DNA of 64,000 nt from Candidatus Poribacteria bacterium (GTDB lineage Bacteria; Poribacteria; WGA-4E; WGA-3G). A program made the translations under genes and the position numbers. The stretch spans positions 736,001-800,000 of the forward strand of contig OZ219753.1 in assembly GCA_964291315.2 (NCBI GenBank), in the 5' to 3' direction. Positions within the stretch are counted from its first letter, which is position 1; each line of letters begins with the position of its first letter. The notes under the pieces were generated by a model. That model was not told the origin of the DNA, ran no database searches, and was given only the letters and a program-made list of their open reading frames with translations. Positions 36,904 to 45,508 of this stretch are shown here, in pieces.

Positions 36904-38697
36904 ATGAAAAGAACAGTAGTGGTTCTCTGCATGCTTGCCGCGTTCCTGTTTACCAACGTCCCGTTCGCGGCGGCAGAATGGCAAGAGAACATGGTAACCA
37001 ATAACACGCTTGAAGAGATCTATGTGATCAAGAGCACCTGGCAGGCAGCGGCTGCGGGCAAAGGCATTCCCGCAGGGTTCTGGACGCGTGGCTCTTACCG
37101 GCTTGCTCCTGGGAAGTCCAAAGTGTTCTATTCCTGGGACACTAACAACATCTATTTCCGTATTTCAAATGCAGATAGTGCGATAAAAGCGAACAGCGGC
37201 ACGACGGCTTTTGCGTTCTGGGCTCATCCGGATCGCTCCTTCCGCGTTGTCTCACAGACGTTCGATGCCTCTGTGACAACGGGTCAGCTGCTTTACTCTG
37301 ATCGTTCGCCGGATCAGTTGGCTCGATTGGAGGGATTTGTCAGCTATACGGGCGGCTCGGCAGTGGTTGTCACTCCGGGGTGGGTATTGCTAGGTGGAGA
37401 GCCGACTGCTCCGCCAAATGACGAGCTCGGAGACGATGGCGGTCGGCCTGTTGAAGATGTTGCTCCGCCTGCGTGGGTAGAGAACGTTGTAAGAAATGAG
37501 CGGGAAGAAGATATATACGTGGTCTTTGCGACTTGGAAGGTTGAGAGGCAGAGGAAGGGGTTGCCTGAAGGGTTTCGGACGCGGGGCACTTATCGTATTC
37601 GTCCCGGTAGGGGCAGAGTGTTTCATTCGTGGGCGGATAATGAGGCGTATTTCCGTATATCAAACGCGGATGGTGCGTTAAAACCGGAGAGCAGCAGTGG
37701 CACGTTCGAGTTCTGGGTTCATCCGAATAAGAACTTTCGTGTTGTGTCGGGTCGTTTCGACAATGGTGTAATGAAGTCGGAGCTGCTGTATTCGGATCGT
37801 GCCAAGGAGGCGTTAGCGCACTCGGACGGCTTTATGGTATATGAGACCGGGAATGGGCTTGAAGTGAGTGTCACTTCAAGTTGGGTGCCGGTGTCTACTG
37901 CTCCGCCGCCGCCAGTTTCTGCTGTTCCTGCAGGTATGGTTTTGATTCCTGCAGGCACTTTCGAGATGGGCAGTGACAGTGCCCATGTGGATGAAAGTCC
38001 TATTCACACAGTGTCTTTAGATGCGTTTTATATGGATACGCATGAAGTGACGAACGCAGAATACGCGGCGTTTCTCAATGCAAAGGGGAAACATACCGAT
38101 GCGGGTAATACCTGGGTCTATTTCAACGATGCTAGTGATCTGGTAAAGATTAGTTTATCAGACGGTAGGTATACGCCGGTGCCGGCCTATGCGAATTATC
38201 CTGTCACTTATGTGACTTGGTATGGTGCGATGGCTTATGCTGCGTGGGCGGGCAAGCGGCTGCCGACGGAGGCGGAGTGGGAGTATGCTGCGCGCGGTGG
38301 GCTCTCCGGTAAGAAATATCCGTGGGGCGACACGATAGACAAGACGCGGGCGAGATACGGCAGAAAGACCCTTAGGCCGACAGCAGTAGGGAGTTATGCG
38401 GCGAATGGGTATGGTCTGTATGATATGGTAGGTAATGTCTGGGAGTGGTGTCTGGATGCGTATGATAGGGGGTTCTATGCGACTTCTCCTGTCCGGAATC
38501 CGTTGTCTGGTGCGTCCAGTATTCAGTGGTTATTAGATAACTACATAGAAACGGGTGATTCTGTGTCCCGCGTGTTGCGTGGCGGTTCTTGGCTCAATAC
38601 AGCTCAGGTTGTGCGTGTCACCTACCGCCTCTTCGTTCCGCCCTCGGTCACGAACGGCACCTACGGGTTTCGTTGTGTGAAGCCTGTTTCTCCTTGA
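36904..38697 (+). CDS. secreted protein: two repeated N-terminal domains plus FGE-sulfatase (SUMF1/C-type lectin fold) domain
   Basis: Signal peptide; MVLIPAGTFEMGS, EVTNAEY, RLPTEAEWEYAARGG, GLYDMVGNVWEW, RVLRGGSW, GFRCV. Confidence 0.9.
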   Translation: MKRTVVVLCMLAAFLFTNVPFAAAEWQENMVTNNTLEEIYVIKSTWQAAAAGKGIPAGFWTRGSYRLAPGKSKVFYSWDTNNIYFRISNADSAIKANSGTTAFAFWAHPDRSFRVVSQTFDASVTTGQLLYSDRSPDQLARLEGFVSYTGGSAVVVTPGWVLLGGEPTAPPNDELGDDGGRPVEDVAPPAWVENVVRNEREEDIYVVFATWKVERQRKGLPEGFRTRGTYRIRPGRGRVFHSWADNEAYFRISNADGALKPESSSGTFEFWVHPNKNFRVVSGRFDNGVMKSELLYSDRAKEALAHSDGFMVYETGNGLEVSVTSSWVPVSTAPPPPVSAVPAGMVLIPAGTFEMGSDSAHVDESPIHTVSLDAFYMDTHEVTNAEYAAFLNAKGKHTDAGNTWVYFNDASDLVKISLSDGRYTPVPAYANYPVTYVTWYGAMAYAAWAGKRLPTEAEWEYAARGGLSGKKYPWGDTIDKTRARYGRKTLRPTAVGSYAANGYGLYDMVGNVWEWCLDAYDRGFYATSPVRNPLSGASSIQWLLDNYIETGDSVSRVLRGGSWLNTAQVVRVTYRLFVPPSVTNGTYGFRCVKPVSP

Positions 38698-38914
38698 AAC
38701 TTTATTGCCGAATGCGTTTTATCTTGAGATAAATCGCTGAAAGGCGTTGAATCTACAAACTAGGGCGTGATAGCGGTTAGGCTTTTGCTGACAGCTTTCA
38801 CGCCCATTTTTATTTCTGGATATGCCAAATCAGTATAGCGAATTATAGGTAAGGTTAGATGAGTCTCAGCGCTGGCTGGGGATGATACGATCGGTGACAT
38901 GCAGCTGCTGGACA
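38698..38914 (+). repeat. ~217-bp downstream direct repeat, copy 1 (copy 2 at 41130-41346)
   Basis: Near-identical sequence at offset 2432, about 6 differences by eye. Confidence 0.9.
38763..38815 (+). terminator. hairpin plus T-rich tail after FGE gene 1
   Basis: GGGCGTGA...TCACGCCC-ATTTTTATTT. Confidence 0.6.
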
Positions 38915-38946
38915 CGGGGCTTTTAGAAGTGGCGGATCGTTTTAAC

Positions 38947-38975
38947 TTGACAAACTCGATATTTTATTATATACT
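38947..38975 (+). promoter_or_regulatory. sigma70 promoter of FGE gene 2
   Basis: TTGACA-N17-TATACT. Confidence 0.7.
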
Positions 38976-39012
38976 ATTAATAGAGTATGAAAATGAGGGA
39001 AGGAAGTAATCT

Positions 39013-39147
39013 ATGAAAGTTTTAGGCACTTATACTTCTGTTGGAATGTCGAGAGGATTTAGCGAAGATTCCTGTGTGTGGTGTTCTGGGTATCGGCTAG
39101 GTTCTGTTGTCGGGTTATTTTTTACTAAGCATCACCCCCCCCGTTAA
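39013..39147 (+). CDS. putative upstream ORF (copy 2) ending in a C8 tract
   Basis: MKVLGTYTSVGMSRGFSEDSCVWCSGYRLGSVVGLFFTKHHPPR*; GAGGGAAGGAAG upstream. Confidence 0.35.
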   Translation: MKVLGTYTSVGMSRGFSEDSCVWCSGYRLGSVVGLFFTKHHPPR

Positions 39148-39209
39148 CTTCACAAAAAATAAGTGATAAACATCCGTCTGTGTATCTTCACAGAGAAAAG
39201 AGCGAAAAA

Positions 39210-41129
39210 ATGAAAAGAACAGTAGTGGTTCTGTCCACACTCGCCGCACTCGTATTTGCGCTTGTCCCGTTCGCGACGGCAGAATGGCAAGAGAACCTGG
39301 TAACCAATAACACGCTCGAAGAGATCTATGTGATCAAGAGCACCTGGCAGGCAGCGGATGATAACAAAGGTATCCCCGTAGGGTTCCGGACCCGCGGCTC
39401 ATACCGCATCCCGCCCGGGATGTCCAGGATTTTCCATTCCTGGGACACCAACAGCATGTATTTCCGTATTTCAAACGCTGCGGGTGCGATAAAAGCGAAC
39501 AGCGGCACCACCGCTTTTGCGTTCTGGGCTCATCCGAAGCGCTCCTTCCGCGTTGTCTCACAGACGCTCGATGCCTCTGTGACAACGGATCAGCTGCTTT
39601 ACACTGATCGTTCGCCGGGTCAGTTGGTTCAATTAGAGGGGTTTGTCAGCTATACGGGCGGCTCGGCAGTGGTTGTCACTCCGGCGTGGGTGTTGCTAGA
39701 TGGGCAGCCGACTGCTCCGCCAAATGACGAGCTCGGAAACGATGGGGGTCCGCCCGGTGGCGATGTTGCGCCGCCTGCGTGGGTAGCGAGCGTGATAACA
39801 AATGCCACGGAAGCCGATCTATATGTAGTCTACGCGACGTGGAAGTTGGAGAACCTGAAAAAGGGGTATCCGGAGGGGTTTCGGACGCGCGGCACGTATC
39901 GCATTCGTTCAGGGAAGGGGCGCGTATTTCATGCCTGGGCGGATAACGAGATCTATTTTCGGATTGCCAATGCTGCGGGAGCGTTAAAACCGGAGGCGAG
40001 TTCGGAGACGTTTGGGTTCTGGTTGCATCCGCGTCGTTCGTTTCGGCTGGTCTCGGATCAGGTCGCTGCGACAGTAGAGCAGTCGGGTCTGAGTTACTCG
40101 GATCGTTCGGTGTCGAAGTTAGAGCGTTCGGATGGTTTTATGGTATATGAGAGCGGTTCTGACGTGACGGTGACTGCTGATTGGGTGCCGGTCTCTCCTA
40201 TAGATGACAGGAATGATGATAACGGGAATGACGATGTCACTCCAGTACCGCCTGAAACGCCAGTGCCTCCGGTAAACCCGCCAGCTCCTGCCGTTCCTGA
40301 AGGCATGGTCTTGATCCCCGCTGGCACCTTCCAGATGGGCAGCGACAGTGGTAAAATCCGTGAAAAACCCGTTCATTCTGTGTCTTTAGATGCGTTTTAT
40401 ATAGATACACACGAGGTGACGAACACTGAATACGCGGTGTTTCTCAATGCGAAGGGCAAACACGCCGATGCGGGTCAGATATGGTTGAATATCGGGGATG
40501 TTCATGCGCACATTGCGTTAGTAGACGGTGTGTATAGTGCGACGTCGGGGTATGCGAATCATCCTGTTGTTGAGGTGAGTTGGTATGGTGCGATGGCGTA
40601 TGCGGAGTGGGCAGGCAAGCGGCTACCCACCGAGGCCGAGTGGGAATATGCTGCACGCGGCGGCAAGTCGGGTAAGGAATATCCCTGGGGTAACAGGATT
40701 GATAGCACGCGGGCGAACTACTACCGCAGTAATGTCGGTGATACGACTTCTCACGAGACGCTTGAAGCATATCTGTCCGTGAAGGCGAACTACGACCGCA
40801 GTAATGTCGGTGATACGACAGCCGTTGGCAGTTATCCCGCGAATGGTTATGGTCTGTATGATGTCGCGGGGAATGTCTGGGAGTGGTGTCTGGATGAGTA
40901 TAGTGGTAACTTTTATACCATCTCGGCTTTCCATAACCCGTTGTCAGGTGCTCCGAACATTAAGTGGCTGTTGGATAACTATATGGAAGTTAATTCATCC
41001 CGTGTCTTGCGTGGCAGCTCCTGGACCGGTGGGGCACGGAGCGTGCGGGTCGCCAACCGCGTCCGCGATTCGCCTAAGAGCTCGTTCCGCAACGTCGGTT
41101 TTCGTTGTGTGAAGTCAGTTTCTCCTTGA
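39210..41129 (+). CDS. paralogous secreted FGE-sulfatase domain protein
   Basis: Same architecture as 36904-38697, with a Pro/Asp linker and RVLRGSSW...GFRCVKSVSP. Confidence 0.9.
   Translation: MKRTVVVLSTLAALVFALVPFATAEWQENLVTNNTLEEIYVIKSTWQAADDNKGIPVGFRTRGSYRIPPGMSRIFHSWDTNSMYFRISNAAGAIKANSGTTAFAFWAHPKRSFRVVSQTLDASVTTDQLLYTDRSPGQLVQLEGFVSYTGGSAVVVTPAWVLLDGQPTAPPNDELGNDGGPPGGDVAPPAWVASVITNATEADLYVVYATWKLENLKKGYPEGFRTRGTYRIRSGKGRVFHAWADNEIYFRIANAAGALKPEASSETFGFWLHPRRSFRLVSDQVAATVEQSGLSYSDRSVSKLERSDGFMVYESGSDVTVTADWVPVSPIDDRNDDNGNDDVTPVPPETPVPPVNPPAPAVPEGMVLIPAGTFQMGSDSGKIREKPVHSVSLDAFYIDTHEVTNTEYAVFLNAKGKHADAGQIWLNIGDVHAHIALVDGVYSATSGYANHPVVEVSWYGAMAYAEWAGKRLPTEAEWEYAARGGKSGKEYPWGNRIDSTRANYYRSNVGDTTSHETLEAYLSVKANYDRSNVGDTTAVGSYPANGYGLYDVAGNVWEWCLDEYSGNFYTISAFHNPLSGAPNIKWLLDNYMEVNSSRVLRGSSWTGGARSVRVANRVRDSPKSSFRNVGFRCVKSVSP
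40712..40819 (+). repeat. 36-bp direct repeat pair separated by a 36-bp unique insert, in frame
   Basis: 40712-40747 and 40784-40819 match at 35 of 36 positions. Confidence 0.9.
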
Positions 41130-41194
41130 AGCTTTATTGCTGAATGCGTTTTATCTTGAGATAAATTGCTGAAAGGCGTTGAAGCTACAAACTA

Positions 41195-41247
41195 GGGCGT
41201 GATAGCGGTTAGGCTTTTGCTGACAGCTTTCACGCCCATTTTTATTT
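41195..41247 (+). terminator. hairpin plus T-rich tail after FGE gene 2
   Basis: Identical to 38763-38815. Confidence 0.6.
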
Positions 41248-41522
41248 CTGGATATGCCAAATCAGTATAGCGAATTATAGGTAAGGTTAGATGAGTCTCA
41301 GCGCTGGCTGGGGATGATACGCTCGGTAACATGCAGCTGCTGGACAGCTTCTGGATCCGGGGCTTGCAGAAGTGGGGGCGTTGATTGAGAGACGGTTTAT
41401 TAGGATTTCACAGATTTTTAGGGTTGCTTTTGACGGCCTTTGGCCGATGAGCGGCGGGATTTTTTAGGGTGTCATCAAGGTCTTGTGCGCGATAGGCGGC
41501 TGGATGTTCGTTTTTTCTGTGT

Positions 41523-41551
41523 TTGACACTCCGTTACTTTTGTGGTATAAT
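41523..41551 (+). promoter_or_regulatory. consensus sigma70 promoter
   Basis: TTGACA-N17-TATAAT with extended TG. Confidence 0.75.
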
Positions 41552-41635
41552 TGTCTAAATTTTAAGTTTAACCTGTAAAGGTTTTTAATAAGGAAGATAT
41601 GAAGATAGTTTTGGCGCTGCTTTAACATCTTTTAT

Positions 41636-42739
41636 TTGAAAATGAGTCTCAAATTCAGAAATGTGTTTCTGTTTCTAAGCGTTGCTTATCGGTTATACCG
41701 TTTTTTGGACGTAACTTTTTACAAAGGGATTGCATTCGTGAGCATTCTGTTATGCTCTTGCGCTGTGTGTGTGGAAGCGGCGACTCGAGAGTATTGGATT
41801 GCTGCTGAGAGGGTCGAATGGAATTATGCGCCGAGCGGTCAAAACCTCATTCGCCCCTCGATGGGTTTAGACGTTTGGGGCAAGGCGCTTATCTATGAGA
41901 AATATCGTTACATTCAGTACAGTGATGGCACCTACACGGCGCGAGTCGAGCAGCCTGTATGGATGGGTATTCTCGGGCCGCAGATTCATGCGGTAGAAGG
42001 GGATAATGTGAGGGTTCACTTTCTCAATCGTGCGGATAAGCCGCTCAGCATGCATGTTCATGGGTTGCAGTATGATGAAGAAAACGAAGGGGCGGATATG
42101 AAAGGTTCTGGTGCTGCGGTAAAGCCGGGTAGTAGCTTCACTTATCAGTGGAAGGCAGATAGCGATGCTGCGCCGGGCCCGAACGATCCGTCTTCTATTG
42201 TGTGGATTTATCATTCACATGTTGATGCGGTTACGGAAGTCTACGACGGCTTAATCGGAAGCATCGTTGTGACTAAAAAAGGGATGGAACGTTCTACAGC
42301 GGATCCGCGTCCGAGGGACATTGACAAGGCTTTTACTACGTTGTTTCTTGTTTTTGATGAGAATGGTCGTGAGATCGTCAAAGGTGGTCAGCGTGAGGCG
42401 TATGCATCCGTTGAAGAAGCGGAGGAGGGAAACCTCAAGCATGCCATCAACGGTTTTATTTTCGGTAATTTGCAAGGTTTGGAGGTTGAGGAGCAGGATA
42501 GGGTGCGTTGGTATCTTATTGGATTGGGCACTGAAGTTGACATGCACACTGCGCATTGGCATGGTCAAACGGTGCTGAATTCGGGGAAGCGCACTGACGT
42601 TGTAGAGCTGCTCCCTGGCACTATGGTGACGGTGGACATGACAGCGAAAACGCTTGGTAACTGGCTTTACCATTGCCATGTTGCTGACCATATCACAGCG
42701 GGCATGAGCACGCGCTGGCGGGTGCTACCGAAGCGTTAG
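41636..42739 (+). CDS. two-domain multicopper oxidase, ceruloplasmin/hephaestin-like
   Basis: HVHG, YHSH, HTAHWHG, HCHVADHITAGM; start uncertain. Confidence 0.88.
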   Translation: MKMSLKFRNVFLFLSVAYRLYRFLDVTFYKGIAFVSILLCSCAVCVEAATREYWIAAERVEWNYAPSGQNLIRPSMGLDVWGKALIYEKYRYIQYSDGTYTARVEQPVWMGILGPQIHAVEGDNVRVHFLNRADKPLSMHVHGLQYDEENEGADMKGSGAAVKPGSSFTYQWKADSDAAPGPNDPSSIVWIYHSHVDAVTEVYDGLIGSIVVTKKGMERSTADPRPRDIDKAFTTLFLVFDENGREIVKGGQREAYASVEEAEEGNLKHAINGFIFGNLQGLEVEEQDRVRWYLIGLGTEVDMHTAHWHGQTVLNSGKRTDVVELLPGTMVTVDMTAKTLGNWLYHCHVADHITAGMSTRWRVLPKR

Positions 42740-42799
42740 GTGCTTGCCATGCTGTGCGTCTATTTGTCCTAATTAATTCCGAACTTATTGCGGCTGCGT

Positions 42800-42835
42800 T
42801 TGACAAAAGAGATAACGTTTTTTATTTGTATAGAT
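42800..42835 (+). promoter_or_regulatory. promoter with possible Fur-box-like operator
   Basis: TTGACA followed by GAGATAACGTTTTTTATTT upstream of an iron transporter; partial match only. Confidence 0.35.
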
Positions 42836-42864
42836 ATAGCATATAGGTTTTAAAAGGAGATATT

Positions 42865-43887
42865 ATGTTTAAGAATCGATTTGGCTTGTTCAATTGCGTT
42901 GTGATGTTTTTGTTGGTTTTCACGGGTATCGTTTCGCTTGTGGTGTCGAGTCACGGTGAAACGTTGACGGTTTATTCTGGGCGCAGCAAGAGTCTTGTTG
43001 AACCGATCCTCAGACAGTTTGAGGAGGCGACTGGCATCCAAGTGAAGGCGAATTATGGTGGTACGACTCAGTTAGCGGCTGCGCTGCTGACAGAGGGGTC
43101 GAGGAGTCCTGCGGCGCTTTTTTGGGCTCAGGATGCAGGTGCGCTTGGTGCGGTTAGCAAAAAGGAACTGTTTGAGACGTTACCGGAGTCGATACTCACG
43201 AAAGTGCCTTCAAGTTTCCGTGATGTGGCGGGTCGGTGGGTTGCGACGAGCGGTAGGGCGCGCGTCCTCGCGTATTCTCCGGAGCGTGTGAAAGTGGAAG
43301 AACTGCCACAAAGTCTCTTTGATTTAACGCAGCCGATGTGGAGAGGTAGAGTGGGTTGGGCGCCGACGAATGGTTCTTTCCAGGCGTTTGTAACGGCGTT
43401 GCGGGTCCAGATCGGTGAGGCGAAGACAGTAGAGTGGTTGCGTGGCATGAAAGCGAATGGTGTGAAGAAGTATGCGAAGAATACGCCGATCATTGAGGCG
43501 CTCGCTGCGGGTGAGATTGATTTGGGTTTGCCGAATCACTACTACCTTCTCCGTTTCAAAAAGACGGATTCGGAGTATCCTGTTGCCCAAACGTTTTTTA
43601 AGGCGGGCGATCCGGGGAATTTGGTTAACATTGCCGGGGTCGGCGTGCTGAAGAGTGCAAAGGACAAGGAGGTAGCCTTGAAATTTGTAGAATTTTTGTT
43701 ATCTGCTGAAGCCCAGCAGTATTTTACGAGCGATGTTTTTGAATATCCGGTTATTGAAGGTGTAACGCGGAATGCGGATCTGTTGCCGTTATCCGATTTG
43801 ATTCGGGTTGCTCCGGTATTTAACCTCAATGATATGGACGATCTTGAAGGCACGGTTAAGCTGCTGCAAAAGCTTGAGATTTTATAA
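42865..43887 (+). CDS. Fe3+ ABC transporter substrate-binding protein (FutA/SfuA/FbpA type)
   Basis: LTVYSGR, TGIQV, SGRARV, GWAPTNGSFQ, NHYY, FEYPV. Confidence 0.9.
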   Translation: MFKNRFGLFNCVVMFLLVFTGIVSLVVSSHGETLTVYSGRSKSLVEPILRQFEEATGIQVKANYGGTTQLAAALLTEGSRSPAALFWAQDAGALGAVSKKELFETLPESILTKVPSSFRDVAGRWVATSGRARVLAYSPERVKVEELPQSLFDLTQPMWRGRVGWAPTNGSFQAFVTALRVQIGEAKTVEWLRGMKANGVKKYAKNTPIIEALAAGEIDLGLPNHYYLLRFKKTDSEYPVAQTFFKAGDPGNLVNIAGVGVLKSAKDKEVALKFVEFLLSAEAQQYFTSDVFEYPVIEGVTRNADLLPLSDLIRVAPVFNLNDMDDLEGTVKLLQKLEIL

Positions 43888-43893
43888 TCCAGG

Positions 43894-45480
43894 ATGTTGA
43901 GGCTACAGAGATTGGGTGCCGAGGCGCGCGCGTTAGGTTTGTCCCGGTATTTTTTTATTCCTGTGTTTGTGGTAGGTTTGGGTGGCCTTATCCCGTTGGG
44001 CTATCTGCTCACGAAAGCGTTTTCGGCGGAGGGTGCGGCTCTTTTGGAGGTAGTTTTCCGCTGGCGCAACGCAAAGCTCTTTCTCAACACACTCTTTCTG
44101 ACAATCGGTGTTCTCCTCCTGAACGTGCTAGTAGCGACTCCTGCTGCGTGGTTAACGAGCCGTACGGATCTGAAGTACAAGCGTCTGTTTACTGTGTTGA
44201 GTGCGCTGCCGTTAGCGATTCCGGGCTACGTAATGGCCTATGGGTTTTTGGCCCTCGGCGGCAATACTGGTATTGTTGCGGAGTTGTTCGGTCGGAGCAT
44301 TCCTCGTTTAAGTGGTTATTGGGGTGCTCTTCTTGCGCTTAGTGCCTATACGAGCCCGTATCTTTTTTTGAATCTACGTGCCGCGTTGCGCGGGCTTGAT
44401 CCGAGTGTTGAGGAATCGGCGCAAAATCTGGGTTATCGGTATCCTGAGGTTTTCTGGCGGGTTATCCTGCCGCAATTGCGTCCTGCTTTTTATGCGAGCG
44501 GATTGATCATCAGTCTACATGTACTTGGTGACTTCGGTGTTGTGTCGTTGATGCGTTATGAAACGTTTAGTTACGCGTTGTACATTGAGTATACGTTCTC
44601 ATTTGAGCATATTTATGCGGCGTGGCTTGCTCTGATGCTTCTTGGTTTTACTGTGGGGCTGCTCTATGTTGAGACGCGTTTCTTAAAGCGGGTGGAGCTT
44701 CACCGGGCTGGGCGTGGTACTTCTCGTCAGTCGTCCATCGTACCGTTGGGGAGCTGGAGCGTTCTAGCGTATACCTACCTGTGCGTATTGGCGTTCATCA
44801 CAGTGATTATTCCTGCTGGTGCGGTATTTCTCTGGATTTTCAGAGGTTTTGATCTGTCCGCTTTGCATGGACTTATAGGGGCGTTGACAGGTTCGCTCTC
44901 GGTGGCGTTACCGGTGGGGTTTTTGTGTGCGTTTTTGGCGATTCCGTTGGCTTATATTGAGGTGCGTCATTCTTCGCGGTTGTCGAGCGTAGTGGGGCGT
45001 GTTGCTTATATTGTGTATGCTATTCCTCCGCTGGCGTTTGCTTTGTCGCTCATTTTTTTTGTTTTACACACTTTGCCGTTGATTTATAAGACGTTACCGG
45101 TGTTGATTTACGCTTGCACGTTGCATTTTTTGGCGGAGGCGATTGGTCCGATTAGGAGTTCGCTCTATCAAGCTTCGCCGCATTTAGAGGAGGCGGCGCG
45201 ATCTTTGGGCTACCCGCCGCTCCAGGCGTTTTTGCGGGTCCTATTGCCGGTTCTGCTTCGTGCTGTGTTAACAGCTACCGCTTTGGTTTTTGTTGCGACG
45301 ATGAAGGAATTGCCTTTTACGTTTCTCTTATCACCTGCTGGTTATGAGACGCTTTCTCTCAATGTTTGGAGTTATACGTCAGAGGCGATGTTCGCTGAAG
45401 CGGCGCCGTATGCATTGGCAATTCTGTTTTTCTCGGGGATATTTGTTGGTTTCCTGATCCGTCAGGAGGGTGAGGTTTAA
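43894..45480 (+). CDS. Fe3+ ABC transporter permease
   Basis: Two EAA loops (DPSVEESAQNLG, SPHLEEAARSLG), MKELP. Confidence 0.9.
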   Translation: MLRLQRLGAEARALGLSRYFFIPVFVVGLGGLIPLGYLLTKAFSAEGAALLEVVFRWRNAKLFLNTLFLTIGVLLLNVLVATPAAWLTSRTDLKYKRLFTVLSALPLAIPGYVMAYGFLALGGNTGIVAELFGRSIPRLSGYWGALLALSAYTSPYLFLNLRAALRGLDPSVEESAQNLGYRYPEVFWRVILPQLRPAFYASGLIISLHVLGDFGVVSLMRYETFSYALYIEYTFSFEHIYAAWLALMLLGFTVGLLYVETRFLKRVELHRAGRGTSRQSSIVPLGSWSVLAYTYLCVLAFITVIIPAGAVFLWIFRGFDLSALHGLIGALTGSLSVALPVGFLCAFLAIPLAYIEVRHSSRLSSVVGRVAYIVYAIPPLAFALSLIFFVLHTLPLIYKTLPVLIYACTLHFLAEAIGPIRSSLYQASPHLEEAARSLGYPPLQAFLRVLLPVLLRAVLTATALVFVATMKELPFTFLLSPAGYETLSLNVWSYTSEAMFAEAAPYALAILFFSGIFVGFLIRQEGEV

Positions 45481-45508
45481 GACAGTTCTAAGGTAGGGGA
45501 GACAGGTC

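Noticed and set aside
40712-40819. Bona fide CRISPR array
   Set aside because: Only two repeats, inside an intact coding frame, with no leader or cas genes; kept only as a possible integration scar.
34945-41640. DGR reverse transcriptase, avd or template repeat inside the window
   Set aside because: No RT motifs in any ORF, and no AAC-rich copy of the variable region was seen in the intergenic DNA.
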